From positions 378,696,001 through 378,760,000 of the forward strand of contig OZ024742.1 in the NCBI GenBank assembly GCA_964016885.1: a stretch of 64,000 bases of DNA, read 5' to 3'. Positions 30,001 through 44,145 of this stretch are shown here, piece after piece. The position numbers and the translations under genes are program-made. The notes under the pieces are model-generated. The model had not been told where the DNA came from. It searched no databases and worked only from the letters and a program-made list of their open reading frames with translations. Each line of letters opens with the position of its first letter. The stretch's first letter is position 1. This DNA is from Eledone cirrhosa. Lineage: Eukaryota.

Positions 30001-33000
30001 GTCATGTGTAGTCTATTGTAGCACTGTGCAGTCTATTGTATTAATGTTGTGGTCATTTGTAATCTATTGTAGCACTGTGCAGTCTATTGTATTAATGTTG
30101 TGGTCATTTGTAGCTCTATTGTAGCACTGTGCAGTCTATTGTATTAATGTTGTGGTCATTTGTAATCTATTGTAGCAATGAGCAGTCTATTGTATTAATG
30201 TTGTGGTCATTTGTAGTCTATTGTAGCACTGAGCAGTCTATTGTATTAATGTTGTGGTCATTTGTAGCTCTATTGTAGCACTGAGCAGTCTATTGTATTA
30301 ATGTTGTGGTCATTTGTAGCTCTATTGTAGCACTGAGCAGTGTAATGTATTAATGTTGTGGTCATTTGTAGCTCTATTGTAGCACTGAGCTCTCTATTGT
30401 ATTAATGTTGTGGTTATTTGTAGTCTATTGTAGCACTGAGCAGTGTATTGTATTAATGTTGTGGTCATTTGTAGCTCTATTGTAGCACTGAGCAGTCTAC
30501 TCTATTAATGTTGTGGTCATTTGTAGTCTATTGTAGCACTGTGCAGTCTATTGTATTAATGTTGTGGTCATGTGTAGTCTATTGTAGCACTGAGCAGTGT
30601 ATTGTATTAATGTTGTGGTTATTTGTAGCTCTATTGTAGCACTGAGCAGTCTACTGTATTAATGTTGTGGTCATTTGTAGTCTATTGTAGCACTGAGCAG
30701 TCTATTGTATTAATGTTGTGGTCATTTGTAGTCTATTGTAGCACTGAGCAGTGTATTGTATTAATGTTGTGGTCATTTGTAGCTCTATTGTAGCACTGAG
30801 CAGTCTATTGTATTAATGCTGTGGTCATTTGTAGTCTATTGTAGCACTGAGCAGTCTATTTTATTAATGTTGTAGTCATGTGTAGTCTATTGTAGCACTG
30901 AGCAGTCTATTGTATTAATGTTGTGGTCATTTGTAGTCTATTGTAGCACTGAGCAGTATATTGTATTAATGTTGTGGTCATTTGTAGTCTATTGTAGCAC
31001 TGAGCAGTCTATTTTATTAATGTTGTAGTCATGTGTAGTCTATTGTAGCACTGAGCAGTCTATTGTATTAATGTTGTGGTCATTTGTAGTCTATTGTAGC
31101 ACTGAGCAGTATATTGTATTAATGTTGTGGTCATTTGTAGTCTATTGTAGCACTGAGCAGTCTATTTTATTAATGTTGTAGTCATGTGTAGTCTATTGTA
31201 GCACTGAGCAGTCTATTGTATTAATGCTGTGGTCATTTGTAGTCTATTGTAGCACTGAGCAGACTATTTTATTAATGTTGTGGTCATTTGTCGTCTATTG
31301 TAGCACTGAGCAGTCTATTGTATTAATGTTGTGGTCATTTGTAGCTCTATTGTAGCACTGAGCACTCTATTGTATTAATGTTGTGGTTATTTGTAGTCTA
31401 TTGTAGCACTGAGCAGTCTATTGTATTACTGTTGTGGTCATTTGTAGCTCTATTGTAGCACTGAGCAGTCTATTGTATTAATGTTGTGGTCATTTGTAGA
31501 TCTATTGTAGCACTGAGCAGTCTATTGTATTAATGTTGTGGTCATTTGTAGCTCTATTGTAGCACTGAGCAGTCTACTCTATTAATGTTGTGGTCATTTG
31601 TAGTCTATTGTAGCACTGTGCAGTCTATTGTATTAATGTTGTGGTCATGTGTAGTCTATTGTAGCACTGAGCAGTGTATTGTATTAATGTTGTGGTTATT
31701 TGTAGCTCCATTGTAGCACTGAGCAGTCTACACTATTAATGTTGTGGTCATTTGTAGTCTATTGTAGCACTGAGCAGTGTATTGTATTAATGTTGTGGTC
31801 ATTTGTAGCTCTATTGTAGCACTGAGCAGTGTATTGTATTAATGCTGTGGTCATTTGTAGTCTATTGTAGCACTGAGCAGTGTATTGTATTAATGTTGTG
31901 GTCATTTGTAGTCTATTGTAGCACTGAGCAGTGTATTGTATTAATGCTGTGGTCATTTGTAGTCTATTGTAGCACTGAGCAGTGTATTGTATTAATGTTG
32001 TGGTCATTTGTAGTCTATTGTAGCACTGTGCAGTCTATTGTATTAATGTTGTGGTCATTTGTAGCTCTATTGTATCACTGGGCAGTCTATTTTATTAATG
32101 TTGTAGTAATGTGTAGTCTATTGTAGCACTGAGCAGTCTATTGTATTAATGTTGTGGTCATTTGTAGCTCGATTGTAGCACCTAGCAGTATATTGTATTA
32201 ATATTGTGGTCATTTGTAGTCTATTGTAGCACTGAGCAGTGTATTGTATTAATGGTGTGGTCATTTGTAGTCTATTGTAGCACTGTGCAGTCTATTGTAT
32301 TAATGTTGTGGTCATTTGTAGCTCTATTGTAGCACTGAGCAGTCTATTTTATTAATGTTGTGGTCATGTGTAGTCTATTGTAGCACTGAGCAGTCTATTG
32401 TATTAATGTTGTGGTCATTTGTAGTCTATTGTAGCACTGAGCAGTCTATTGTATTAATGTTGTGGTCATTTGTAGCTCTATTGTAGCACTGAGCAGTCTA
32501 TTGTATCAATGTTGTGGTCATTTGTAGTCTATTGTAGCACTGTGCAGTCTATTGTATTAATGTTGTGGTCATTTGTAGCTCTATTGTTGCACTGAGGAGT
32601 CTACTGTATTAATGTTGTGGTCATTTGTAGCTCTATTGTAGCACTGAGCAGTTTATTGTATTAATTTAGTGGTCAATTGTAGCTCTATTGTAGCACTGAG
32701 CAGTCTATTGTATTAATGTTGTGGTCATTTGTAGCTCTATTGTAGCACTGTACAGTCTATTGTATTAATGTTGTTGTCATTTGTAGCTCTATTGTAGCAC
32801 TGAGCAGTCTATCGTATAAATGTTGTGGTCATTTGTAGCTCGATTGTAGCACTGAGCAGTGTATTGTATTAATGTTGTGGTCATTTGTAGTCTATTGTAG
32901 CACTGAGCAGTCTATTTTATTAATGTTGTAGTCATGTGTAGTCTATTGTAGCACTGAGCAGTCTATTGTATTAATGTTGTGGTCATTTGTAGCTCTATTG

Positions 33001-36000
33001 TAGCACTGAGCAGTCTATTGTATTAGTGTTGTGGTCATTTGTAGTCTATTGTAGCACTGAGCAGTCTATTGTATTAATGTTGTGGTCATGTGTAGCTCTA
33101 TTGTAGCACTGAGCAGTCTATTGTATTAATCGTGTGGTCATTTGTAGTCTATTGTAGCACTGAGCAGTCTATTGTATTAATGTTGTGGTCATGTGTAGCT
33201 CTATTGTAGCACTGAGCAGTCTATTGTATCAATGTTGTGGTCATTTGTAGTCTATTGTAGCACTGAGCAGTCTATTGTATTAATGTTGTGGTCATTTGTA
33301 ACTTTATTGTAGCACTGAGCATTTTTTAAAATTAATGTTGTGGTCATGTGTATTCTATTGTAGCACTGAGCAGTCTATTGTATTACTGTTGTGGTCATGT
33401 GTAGTCTATTGTAGCACTGAGCATTCTATTGTATCAATGTTGTGGTCATTTGTAGCTCTATTGTAGTACTGAGCAGTCTATTGTATCAATGTTGTGGTCA
33501 CTTGTAGTCTATTGTAGCACTGAGCAGTCTATTGTATTAATGTTGTGGCCATGTGTAGTCTATTGTACCACTGAGCAGTCTATTGTATTAATGTTGTGGT
33601 CATTTGTAGTCTGTTGTAGCACTGAGCAGTCTATTGTATTAATGTTGTGGTCATTTGTAATCTATTGTAGCACTGAGCAGTGTATTGTATTAATGTTGTG
33701 GTCATTTGTAGCTCTATTGTAGCACTGAGCAGTCAACTATATCAATGTTGTGGTCATTTGTAGTCTATTGTAGCACTGAGCAGTGTATTGTATTAATGTT
33801 GTGGTCATTTGTAGCTCTATTGTAGCACTGAGCAGTCTATTGTATCAATGTTGTGGTCATTTGTAGTCTATTGTAGCACTGAGCAGTCTATTGTATTAAT
33901 GTTGTGGTCATTTGTAGCTCTATTGTAGCACTGAGCAGTGTATTGTATTAATGTTGTGGTCATTTGTAGTCTATTGTAGCACTGAGCAGTCTATTTTATT
34001 AATGTTGTAGTAATGTGTAGTCTATTGTAGCACGGAGCAGTCTATTGTATTAATGTTGTGGTCATTTGTAGCTCGATTGTAGCACTGAGCAGTATATTGT
34101 ATTAATATTGTGGTCATTTGTAGTCTATTGTAGCACTGAGCAGTCTATTGTATTAATGTTGTGGTCATTTGTAGCTCTATTGTAGCACTGAGCAGTCTAT
34201 TGTATTAATGTTGTGGTCATTTGTAGTCTATTGTAGCACTGAGCAGTCTATTGTATTAATGTTGTGGTCATTTGTAGTCTATTGTAGCACTGAGCAGTCT
34301 ATTGTATTAATGTTGTGGTCATTTGTAGCTCTATTGTAGCACTGAGCAGTCTATTGTATTAATGTTTTGGTCATTTGTAGCTCTATTGTAGCACTGAGCA
34401 GTCTATTGTATCAATGTTGTGGTCATTTGTAGTCTATTGTAGCACTGTGCAGTCTATTGTATTATTGTTGTGGTCATTTGTAGCTCTATTGTAGCACTGA
34501 GCAGTCTATTTTATTAATGTTGTGGTCATGTGTAGTCTATTGTAGCACTGAGCAGTCTATTGTATTAATGTTATGGTCATGTGTAGTGTATTGTAGCACT
34601 GAGCAGTCTATTTGATTAATGTTGTAGTCATTTGTAGTCTATTTTAGTACTGAGTAGTCTATTATATTAATGTTGTAGTCTATTGTAGCACTGAGCAGTC
34701 TATTGTATCAATGTTGTGGTCATTTGTAGTCTATTGTAGCACTGAGCAGTGTATTGTATTAATGTTGTGGTCATTTGTAGCTCTATTGTAGCACTGAGCA
34801 GTCTATTGTATGAATGCTGTGGTCATTTGTAGTCTATTGTAGCACTGAGCAGACTATTGTATTAATGTTGTGGTCATTTGTAGCTCTATTGTAGCACTGA
34901 GCAGTCTATTGTATTAATGTTGTGGTCATTTGTAGCTCTATTGTAGCACTGAGCACTCTATTGTATTAATGTTGTGGTTATTTGTAGTCTATTGTAGCAC
35001 TGAGCAGTCTATTGTATTAATGTTGTGGTCATTTGTAGCTCTATTGTAGCACTGAGCAGTCTACTCTATTAATGTTGTGGTCATTTGTAGTCTATTGTAG
35101 CACTGTGCAGTCTATTGTCTTGATGTTGTGGTCATGTGTAGTCTATTGTAGCACTGAGCAGTGTATTGTATTAATGTTGTGGTTATTTGTAGCTCTATTG
35201 TAGCACTGAGCAGTCTATTGTATTAATGTTGTGGTCATTTGTAGTCTATTGTAGCACTGAGCAGTGTATTGTATTAATGTTGTGGTCATTTGTAGCTCTA
35301 TTGTAGCACTGAGCTGTCTACTGTATTAATGCTGTGGTCATTTGTAGCTCTATTGTAGCACTGAGCAGTCTATTGTATTAATGCTGTGGTCATTTGTAGT
35401 CTATTGTAGCGCTGAGCAGACTATTGTATTAATGTTGTGGTCATTTGTAGTCTATTGTAGCACTGAGCAGTCTATTGTATTAATGTTGTGGTCATTTGTA
35501 GTCTATTGTAGCACTGAGCAGTGTATTGTATTAATGTTGTGGTCATTTGTAGCTCTATTGTAGCACTGAGCTGTCTACTGTATTAATGCTGTGGTCATTT
35601 GTAGCTCTATTGTAGCACTGAGCAGTCTATTGTATTAATGCTGTGGTCATTTGTAGTCTATTGTAGCGCTGAGCAGACTATTGTATTAATGTTGTGGTCA
35701 TTTGTAGCTCTATTGTAGCACTGAGCAGTCTATTGTATTAATGTTGTGGTCATTTGTAGCTCTATTGTAGCACTGAGCACTCTATTGTATTAATGTTGTG
35801 TTTTTTTGTAGTCTATTGTAGCACTGAGCAGTGTATTGTATTAATGTTGTGGTCATTTGTAGCTCTATTGTAGCACTGAGCAGTCTACTCTATTAATGTT
35901 GTGGTCATTTGTAGTCTATTGTAGCACTGTGCAGTCTATTGTATTAATCTTGTGGTCATGTGTAGTCTATTGTAGCACTGAGCAGTCTACTGTATTAATG

Positions 36001-37938
36001 TTGTGGTCATTTGTAGTCTATTGTAGCACTGAGCAGTGTATTGTATTAATGTTGTGGTCATTTGTAGCTCTATTGTAGCACTGAGCATTGTATTGTATTA
36101 ATGTTGTGGTCATTTGTAGCTCTATTGTAGCACTGAGCAGTCTACTGTATTAATGTTGTGGTCATGTGTAGTCTATTGTAGCACTGAGCAGTGTGTTGTA
36201 TTAATGTTGTGGTTATTTGTAGCTCTATTGTAGCACTGAGCAGTCTACTGTATTAATGTTGTGGTCATTTGTAGTCTATTGTAGCATTGAGCAGTGTATT
36301 GTATTAATGTTGTGGTCATTTGTAGCTCTATTGTAGCACTGAGCAGTCTACTGTATTAATGCTGTGGTCATTTGTAGCTCTATTGTAGCACTGAGCAGTC
36401 TATTGTATTAATGCTGTGGTCATTTGTAGTCTATTGTAGCACTGAGCAGACTATTGTATAAATGTTGTGGTCATTTGTAGCTCTATTGTAGCACTGAGCA
36501 GTCTATTGTATTAATGTTGTGGTCATTTGTAGTCTATTGTAGCACTGAGCAGTGTATTGTATTAATGTTGTGGTCATTTGTAGCTCTATTGTAGCACTGA
36601 ACAGTGTATTGTATTAATGTTGTGGTCATTTGTAGCTCTATTGTAGCACTGAGCAGTGTATTGTATTAATGTTGTGGTCATTTGTAGCTCTATTGTAGCA
36701 CTGAGCAGTCTATTGTATTAATGCTGTGGTCATTTGTAGTCTATTGTAGCACTGAGCAGACTATTGTATAAATGTTGTGGTCATTTGTAGCTCTATTGTA
36801 GCACTGAGCAGTCTATTGTATTAATGTTGTGGTCATTTGTAGTCTATTGTAGCACTGAGCAGTGTATTGTATTAATATTGTGGTCATTTGTAGCTCTATT
36901 GTAGCACTGAGCAGTGTATTGTATTAATGTTGTGGTCATTTGTAGCTCTATTGTAGCACTGAGCAGTGTATTGTATTAATGTTGTGGTCATTTGTAGCTC
37001 TATTGTAGCACTGAGCAGTGTATTTTATTAATGTTGTGGTCATTTGTAGCTCTATTGTAGCACTGAGCAGTGTATTGTATTAATGTTGTGGTCATTTGTA
37101 GCTCTATTGTAGCACTGAGCAGTGTATTGTATTAATGTTGTGGTCATTTGTAGCTCTATTGTAGCACTGAGCAGTCTATTGTATTAATGTTGTGGTTATT
37201 TGTAGTCTATTGTAGCACTGAGCAGTGTATTGTATTAATGTTGTGGTTATTTGTAGTCTATTGTAGCACTGAGCAGTGTATTGTATTAATGTTGTGGTCA
37301 TTTGTAGCTCTATTGTAGCACTGAGCAGTCTACTCTATTAATGTTGTGGTCATTTGTAGTCTATTGTAGCACTGTGCAGTCTATTGTATTAATGTTGTGG
37401 TCATGTGTAGTCTATTGTAGCACTGAGCAGTCTTTTGTATTAATGTTGTGGTCATTTGTAGTCTATTGTAGCACTGAGCAGTGTATTGTATTAATGTTGT
37501 GGTCATTTTTAGTCTATTGTAGCACTGAGCAGTCTATTGTATTAATGTTGTGGTTATTTGTAGTCTATTGTAGCACTGAGCAGTGTATTGTATTAATGCT
37601 GTGGTTATTTGTAGCTCTATTGTAGCACTGAGCAGTCTACTCTATTAATGTTGTGGTTATTTGTAGTCTATTGTAGCACTGTGCAGTCTATTGTATTAAT
37701 GTTGTGGTCATTTGTAGTCTATTGTAGCACTGAGCAGTGTATTGTATTAATGTTGTCGTCATTTTTAGTCTATTGTAGCACTGAGCAGTGTATTGTATTA
37801 ATGTTGTGGTCATGTGTAGTCTATTGTAGCACTGTGCAGTCTATGGTATTAATGTTGTGGTCATGTGTATTCTATTGTAGCACTGAGCAGTCTATTGTAT
37901 TAATGTTGTGGTCATGTGTAGTCTATTGTAGCACTGAG
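1..37938. repeat. Satellite DNA array, 51/52-bp monomer, with higher-order repeats; runs off the left edge of the window
   Basis: Head-to-tail monomer ATTGTAGCACTGAGCAGTCTATTGTATTAATGTTGTGGTCATTTGTAGTCT (51 bp); the 52-bp variant has GTAGCTCT. No foreign insert seen. Ends abruptly at ...GCACTGAG|TTTTCTTCG. Confidence 0.99.
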
Positions 37939-37980
37939 TTTTCTTCGATATCTTAATATCTAGATTTTAATTCGTTTGTG

Positions 37981-38199
37981 AATGGAGCTCCACTGAACCA
38001 GGCGGAGAAGTTCAAGTATCTTCGGGCCGTTTTCAAGACTAATGGAAGATAGCGGGAGGCTGAATTAAGTTGAAGGATTGCAGGAGATGGTGTAGTAATG
38101 CGCGAGCTTCAGTATTCAGTAACCAGAAGAAAGGAGGCAGGTCTAAATGCTAAACTCGCTATCTTCAATTCGGTATTCGTGCCAACCCTTATGTATGGT
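37981..38199 (+). pseudogene. Degenerate RTE-clade LINE reverse transcriptase C-terminal fragment
   Basis: Manual translation NGAPLNQAEKFKYLRAVFKTNGR*REAELS*RIAG...AKLAIFNSVFVPTLMYG fits the RTE pattern FKYLG...EI..RI...KL..Y...PTL.YG; two in-frame stops. Confidence 0.8.
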
Positions 38200-38301
38200 A
38201 CAAGGGTCGTGGCGTCAAGGAGTTCACATTGCAACCACGTAGATCTGGGTTCGGTCATTCTTAAGTAAGTGTTTACTAATCAGACGTATATACATACACA
38301 G

Positions 38302-38522
<221 letters not shown>

Positions 38523-38695
38523 TTACCCACTCTACTACCCTAAGTATTGAGTACTCTGCTGCGTTATGATCCATCTGGTTCCTTACCACATTTCCTTCGT
38601 TATATATTTATATATACATGCACACACACATACACACACATGCACACGCACACATACACACACACACACACATGTGCACACACACACATACACCG

Positions 38696-38768
<73 letters not shown>

Positions 38769-38844
38769 AATGAAAAATAGCGTGCTGTGTTGTTGCATAT
38801 GTAATATACAAATTAAAATGAAGAATTAGAAATAGGACTATCCA

Positions 38845-38936
38845 TCATCAGTGATCTACTAGCCATCATAGGTATTTCTTCGCATTAAAGACTAGATACC
38901 TCAGGTTAGCGCGAACAATAACTAAAATAAGTTATT
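38845..38936. ncRNA. Unidentified structured RNA motif (double pseudoknot), copy A
   Basis: Aligns nearly gap-free to 53086-53176 with compensatory changes in two long-range helices. Confidence 0.65.
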
Positions 38937-38949
38937 CCTCATTTTAATT

Positions 38950-39002
<53 letters not shown>

Positions 39003-39009
<7 letters not shown>

Positions 39010-40202
39010 TTGGAGCTCTGAAATAGCAATATATATATATATGGATGTATATATAATGTATTTTGCAATACACTTTATGCTTAATTAAAAGCATTTTGAA
39101 GACCGTAAGCTATTTTTTTAAAGTAGTGACAAATTCACTCACTTTGATCTCAGCAAACAGGGGAGATAAGCCGACATGACATGTTTCGCTTTGGTTGAAG
39201 CTTATCAAGGCCAACTACCCCACCTGTCTACTGAGATCATTGATGTTATATTCTTATAGAAATATAGTAAATAATCAGGAGCTGATTATGCAGAGCGGTT
39301 GTTGGTCAGGCAGAAATTAAAAATTAGAATTGGAGCTCTGAAATAGCAATATATATATATATGGATGTATATATAATGTATTTTGCAATACACTTTATGC
39401 TTAATTAAAAGCATTTTGAAGACCGTAAGCTATTGTTTTAAAGTAGTGACAAATTCACTCACTTTGATCTCAGCAAACAGGGGAGATAAGCCGACAAGAC
39501 TTGTCTCGCTTTGGTTGAAGCTTATCAAGGCCAACTACCCCACCTGCTTACTGAGATCATTGATCTTATATTCTTATAGAAATATAGTAAATAATCAGGA
39601 GCTGATTATGCAGAGCGGTTGTTGGTCAGGCAGAAATTAAAAATTAGAATTGGAGCTCTGAAATAGCAATATATATATGGATGTATATATAATGTATTCT
39701 CAGTAAGCAGGTGGGGTAGTTGGCCTTGATAAGCTTCAACCAAAGCGAAACAAGTCTTGTCGGCTTATCTCCCCTGTTTGCTGAGATCAAAGTGAGTGAA
39801 TTTGTCACTACTTTAAAAGCTTACGGTCTTCAAAATGCTTTTAATTAAGCATAAAGTGTATTGCAAAATACATTATATATACATCCATATATATATTGCT
39901 ATTTCAGAGCTCCAATTCTAATTTTTAATTTCTGCCTGACCAACAACCGCTCTGCATAATCAGCTTCTGATTATTTACTATATTTCTATAAGAATATAAC
40001 ATCAATGATCTCAGTAAGCAGGTGGGGTAGTTGGCCTTGATAAGCTTCAACCAAAGCGAAACAAGTCTTGTCGGCTTATCTCCCCTGTTTGCTGAGATCA
40101 AAGTGAGTGAATTTGTCACTACTTTAAAAAAATAGCTTACGGTCTTCAAAATGCTTTTAATTAAGCATAAAGTGTATTGCAAAATACATTATATATACAT
40201 CC

Positions 40203-40203
<1 letters not shown>
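39003..40203. mobile_element. Non-autonomous retrozyme/pLTR-like insertion: 320-bp unit, ~2.2 copies in one orientation plus ~1.6 inverted, 4 HHR motifs
   Basis: Period 320 (39003, 39323, 39643); orientation flips at 39698; (TA)n on both sides; no credible ORF. Confidence 0.85.
39699..39786 (+). ncRNA. Type I hammerhead ribozyme, U3-A8 core variant (other copies: + ~40006-40099; - ~39145-39239 and ~39465-39559)
   Basis: GCC UUGAUAA GCUU-caacca-AAGC GAAA CAAG-u-CUUG UC GGC, with extended stem I CUCAGUAAGCAGG/CCUGUUUGCUGAG. Confidence 0.8.
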
Positions 40204-40239
<36 letters not shown>

Positions 40240-40246
<7 letters not shown>

Positions 40247-40365
40247 TCATACTTTGGGAGGGTCATGTAGCATGCAGCATGACCCTCCCAAAGTATAACA
40301 ATATCTGTTTCAACACAGGTTTTCAGATAAGAAATCTTGCAAAACAAATTAAAAAACGAAGTACG
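40240..40365. mobile_element. Mini foldback derived from the 3' end of the pLTR family of the 46143-47232 element
   Basis: ATATTGTCATACTTTGGGAGGGTCATG and CATGACCCTCCCAAAGTATAACAATAT are inverted arms; the continuation resembles 47149-47230; embedded in (TA)n. Confidence 0.75.
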
Positions 40366-40507
<142 letters not shown>

Positions 40508-40723
40508 ATTAAATAAATGGAAACTATATTTATAAAACCATATTTATTTCATTATATATATTTCAGGGATATCATATTAACAATATGCTATGCCTTCCTC
40601 AGACAAAATACAATATAAACAGTTTTATAGATAAATAGTAATGTCAAAATTGCTATCTCTATCTGCTCTGGTCCATAGTTGGTCATTAAATTCTATCAAA
40701 GTTTTCCTAGCCGATAATATAAT

Positions 40724-41677
40724 ATGCATTTCATTTCTAACCACCCCAGATCTGTCAAAAACACTATAGTAAACTCTATCCAAAAACGTATCTCTAGGAT
40801 CTCGTCGAATAGAAAGATTTTCGACGAAAAAGCCCAATACTACAATGAAGCATTAGCTAGAGCAGGATATGCTGATAAGATTGTGTACATAGATAATGAT
40901 AGACAAACTAAACAAAGTAACAACTTCTTTAATTACGGCAACATCCTTAACAACTATAATAGAAAGCATTACAATAATTCCAAAGGCCAAAAAAGAAATA
41001 GAACTAGGAACATAATTTCGTTTGCCCCCCCTTTCTCACTAAACATTAAAACCCACATAGCTTAACTATTTTTTAAAGCTCTTGATAATCGCTTCCCTAG
41101 AACACATAGATATCACTCAATTTTCAATAGACATACAATTAAATTAACCTACTCATCCACCAAAAATTTAGCACAAAATATCAATAGAATAAATAATAGG
41201 AACTTAAAACCTAGTGATAACAGCATAAATAATATACAAGTTAACAAATGTAACTGTAGAGATAGATCTAAATGTCCGTTAAATAACAACTGCTTAGTTA
41301 AAAATATAGTATACAATTGTAATGTTAATACTGACTCTAATTCTTTTAACTACGTCGGTTCCACATCGACGGAATTTAAACTTCGCTATAATAACCACAA
41401 GAATTCTTTCACAGATCCAAGTAAAAAATCTTCAACGGCATTATCAGGCGTACTATGGCAACTTAAGCTAGATAACGTTAGATATTCGACGGCTTGGAAT
41501 ATAGTCTCAAGAGGGATTCCTTTTAATTCATCCTCTGAGACATGTGACCTCTGCGCAGAGGAGATATTCTTTATACTAAAATCTAAAAATTCCCTTAATC
41601 TACGGACAAATTTATTCAGTTGTTGCAAACATAGATTAAACTCAACGTTTAAATATAAATTTAAATTTAAAATGTAG
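40724..41677 (+). pseudogene. PLE RT C-terminus + GIY-YIG endonuclease, one premature stop at 41063-41065
   Basis: SNHP...FAPPFS; reading through the TAA in frame gives FPRTH..IFNRHTIKLTYS...CNCRDRSKCPL...NIVY...YVGST..FKLRYNNH...CDLC..E...LNLR...CCKH, stop at 41675-41677. Confidence 0.88.
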
Positions 41678-43100
41678 TATATTTAGTTTGATTTATAATT
41701 ATATGGGAAACTAGCCGATAAATCTTTGATTCTCTTTTTATTCTTTTTATTTTTATTTTATTTATTTTTATTTAAACATTCTTCATGAAAAATTAAGCTA
41801 CCCTAAAAGTTGATGCTCCAAATATTTCGAATAAACGTTTCACTAGATAAACTTCTATATTAAATATAAGAACACATGTAGACCAAATTGGGCATCCTAT
41901 ACTTTTCGAAATGATCTTTGCTAGATGCGATTTGATAGATAATTTTTGGCTTTATCTGTTTTTCGACTCTGATGTTTATAATGAACTTGGCAATATATTG
42001 TCAATTAATTTTGAAGGGTTGATCTTTGTGGTTTATTTTATTTTTATTATTGTTGTATTTCCTAATATTTTATTTTTAATATTTTTAATATGTAAATTTT
42101 TTAATATGTAATATTTTTAATATGTAATATTCTTTCGTAATATTTCTTAGTTTTCTATTTTATTATTACTTATTATTATTATTGTTATTTTTAGTTTTGT
42201 TTCCGATATATTTTTATTTTTATTAGTATATTGAAATCTGCTCTATTTTTGCTTGATAGATAATCTTGTAGAGTAGAGACAGAAATAGTAATATTGACTC
42301 TATATACACATATATGTATACTTAAATTTTTATACCGCATTGAGAATACTTTCCGTGAACTTAGGGTTTGCAGAATTGATCATGTACATTCACATAGATG
42401 TTTGTAATTATCACATAAACATATGAATTTTTTTTAAAAAACTAAACATAAGATCATTAATTTTCACACATTGTGGATACATATCTCATTCAGGAATACT
42501 GATATTTACAATGTAGAGGCTGGTTTTGTAAATACTAATACCTCTACATTAAAACAGAGGTTTTTACGCCTCGCCTGTGTCTGGATATTTTTGAATTTTT
42601 TCTCTCCCTTTTTTTTTTTTTTTTTTTTCTCTCTCTATATTTTTTTCTCTCTCTATATTTTTTCTCTCCCTATATAACAGCTGGTTTTCCCTCCATATAT
42701 CTCCCTTACATTAATACTAGAGCTAAATAAATAAATAAATAAATAAATGTATCATTGATACGTTATTCAATAGACGTCCCACTACCTAGCTTTCTATATA
42801 TATGTATCTATCTCTATTTCCTCTCTCTCTATATATATATATCTCTTTCTGTTTCTTTACATGAAGTTCTTCTCTTTATCTATCTTTCCATCTCTCTATT
42901 TTGTTCCATGCATTTCTTCTTTTTCTTTTTCTTCGTTTTCTGTCTTTCTTTCCTTTTTTCTCTCTTTTTCTCTCTTTCTCTCTCTCTTTCTTTCTCTCTG
43001 TGTACAATTTTGTCACTACCAAATCAACCTTCTCAAATGCAAGTAGATGGTGTTACGGTATGTCGAATCTATTTATCTATAAAACTGTTTATATTGTATT

Positions 43101-43155
43101 TTGTCTGAGGAAGGCATAGCATATTATTAATATGATATCCCTGAAATATATATAA
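43101..43155 (+). ncRNA. Minimal hammerhead motif in the P1 pLTR (inverted copy ~40551-40606)
   Basis: CUGAGGA + ~14-bp stem II (AGGCAUAGCAUAUU/AAUAUGAUAUCCCU) + GAAA UAUA UA; stem I is weak and needs one extra U before C3. Confidence 0.7.
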
Positions 43156-43289
43156 TGAAATAAATATGGTTTTATAAATATAGTTTCCATTTATTTAATA
43201 TTGTAAATATACTCCAAATATTTGTCGAGTGCTTTTATATCAGTTATAAATATTTACTAGTTGTAACCCAACAATTTAAATATAACTTT

Positions 43290-43325
<36 letters not shown>

Positions 43326-44145
43326 GTAGAAAATTTTTAAAACATAAAGTGTGTATAACAAAAAAAAATTCCTGTAATATCTTAACAATTGTAACATCTA
43401 TATAACTAAGTAACGTAATATTACATTGAAAAGACTTTCTCTGATTTTATAAGTTTTCCTATATCTTAAATTAAAAAAAATCCTTTATATTTAGTATGTA
43501 TATATTATATACGTAGTTAGATATATATATATATTTTTATACGTGTGTATATATATTTATATTTTTGCGTATGTATATGTGTTATATTCTTCTTATAATA
43601 TATAGTCTTAATAATAATTGTTTCTACTTTAGGCACAAGGCCAGCAATTACCCAGTGCATTACTGATAGATTTCTTAATATATACATCTCAATTTTTAAA
43701 GTATTGATCTCAATATTATAACTGATTAACTAAACATTTAATCATATTTAAACAATGGTTAAATTTCTCATATTATATATCTATATTCCATTCATGATTA
43801 TTAACATTTCTAATTTTATTTATTCATTTCATCTCAAATGTTAAGATAAATCAACAAGATATGATTTGGAGTTTGCACTCTCTCTCTCTCCTTTCCCTTT
43901 CTCCTCTCTCTCTCTCTTTTTCTTTTTTCTATTTCTATTTCTTTTCTCTCTCTGTTGTTATGCTCTCTCTCTCTCTCTTTTTTATTCTCTTTTTTCTCTC
44001 TGTTATTCTGCTCTCTCTCTCTTTCTCTTTCTCTGTAACCCAACGGCTTATTTTAAAATATCCAATACTAACTTACCTAATACTATAAGTATAAATATAA
44101 CTCCACTATCCGGGAGGTTCCAACAGTAATGGTTGCATTCTTTAA

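Noticed and set aside
1-37938. CRISPR array or hammerhead satellite
   Set aside because: No unique spacers and no cas genes; CTGAGCA resembles CUGANGA but there is no GAAA or stem II on either strand.
132-37956. Dozens of MLWSFVVYCSTEQSIVL ORFs
   Set aside because: These are translations of a 51-bp (17-codon) satellite, broken wherever a 52-bp monomer occurs; no gene structure.
38204-38260. Possible tRNA/SINE head (GGGTTCGGTC B-box-like)
   Set aside because: Too degenerate to fold or assign.
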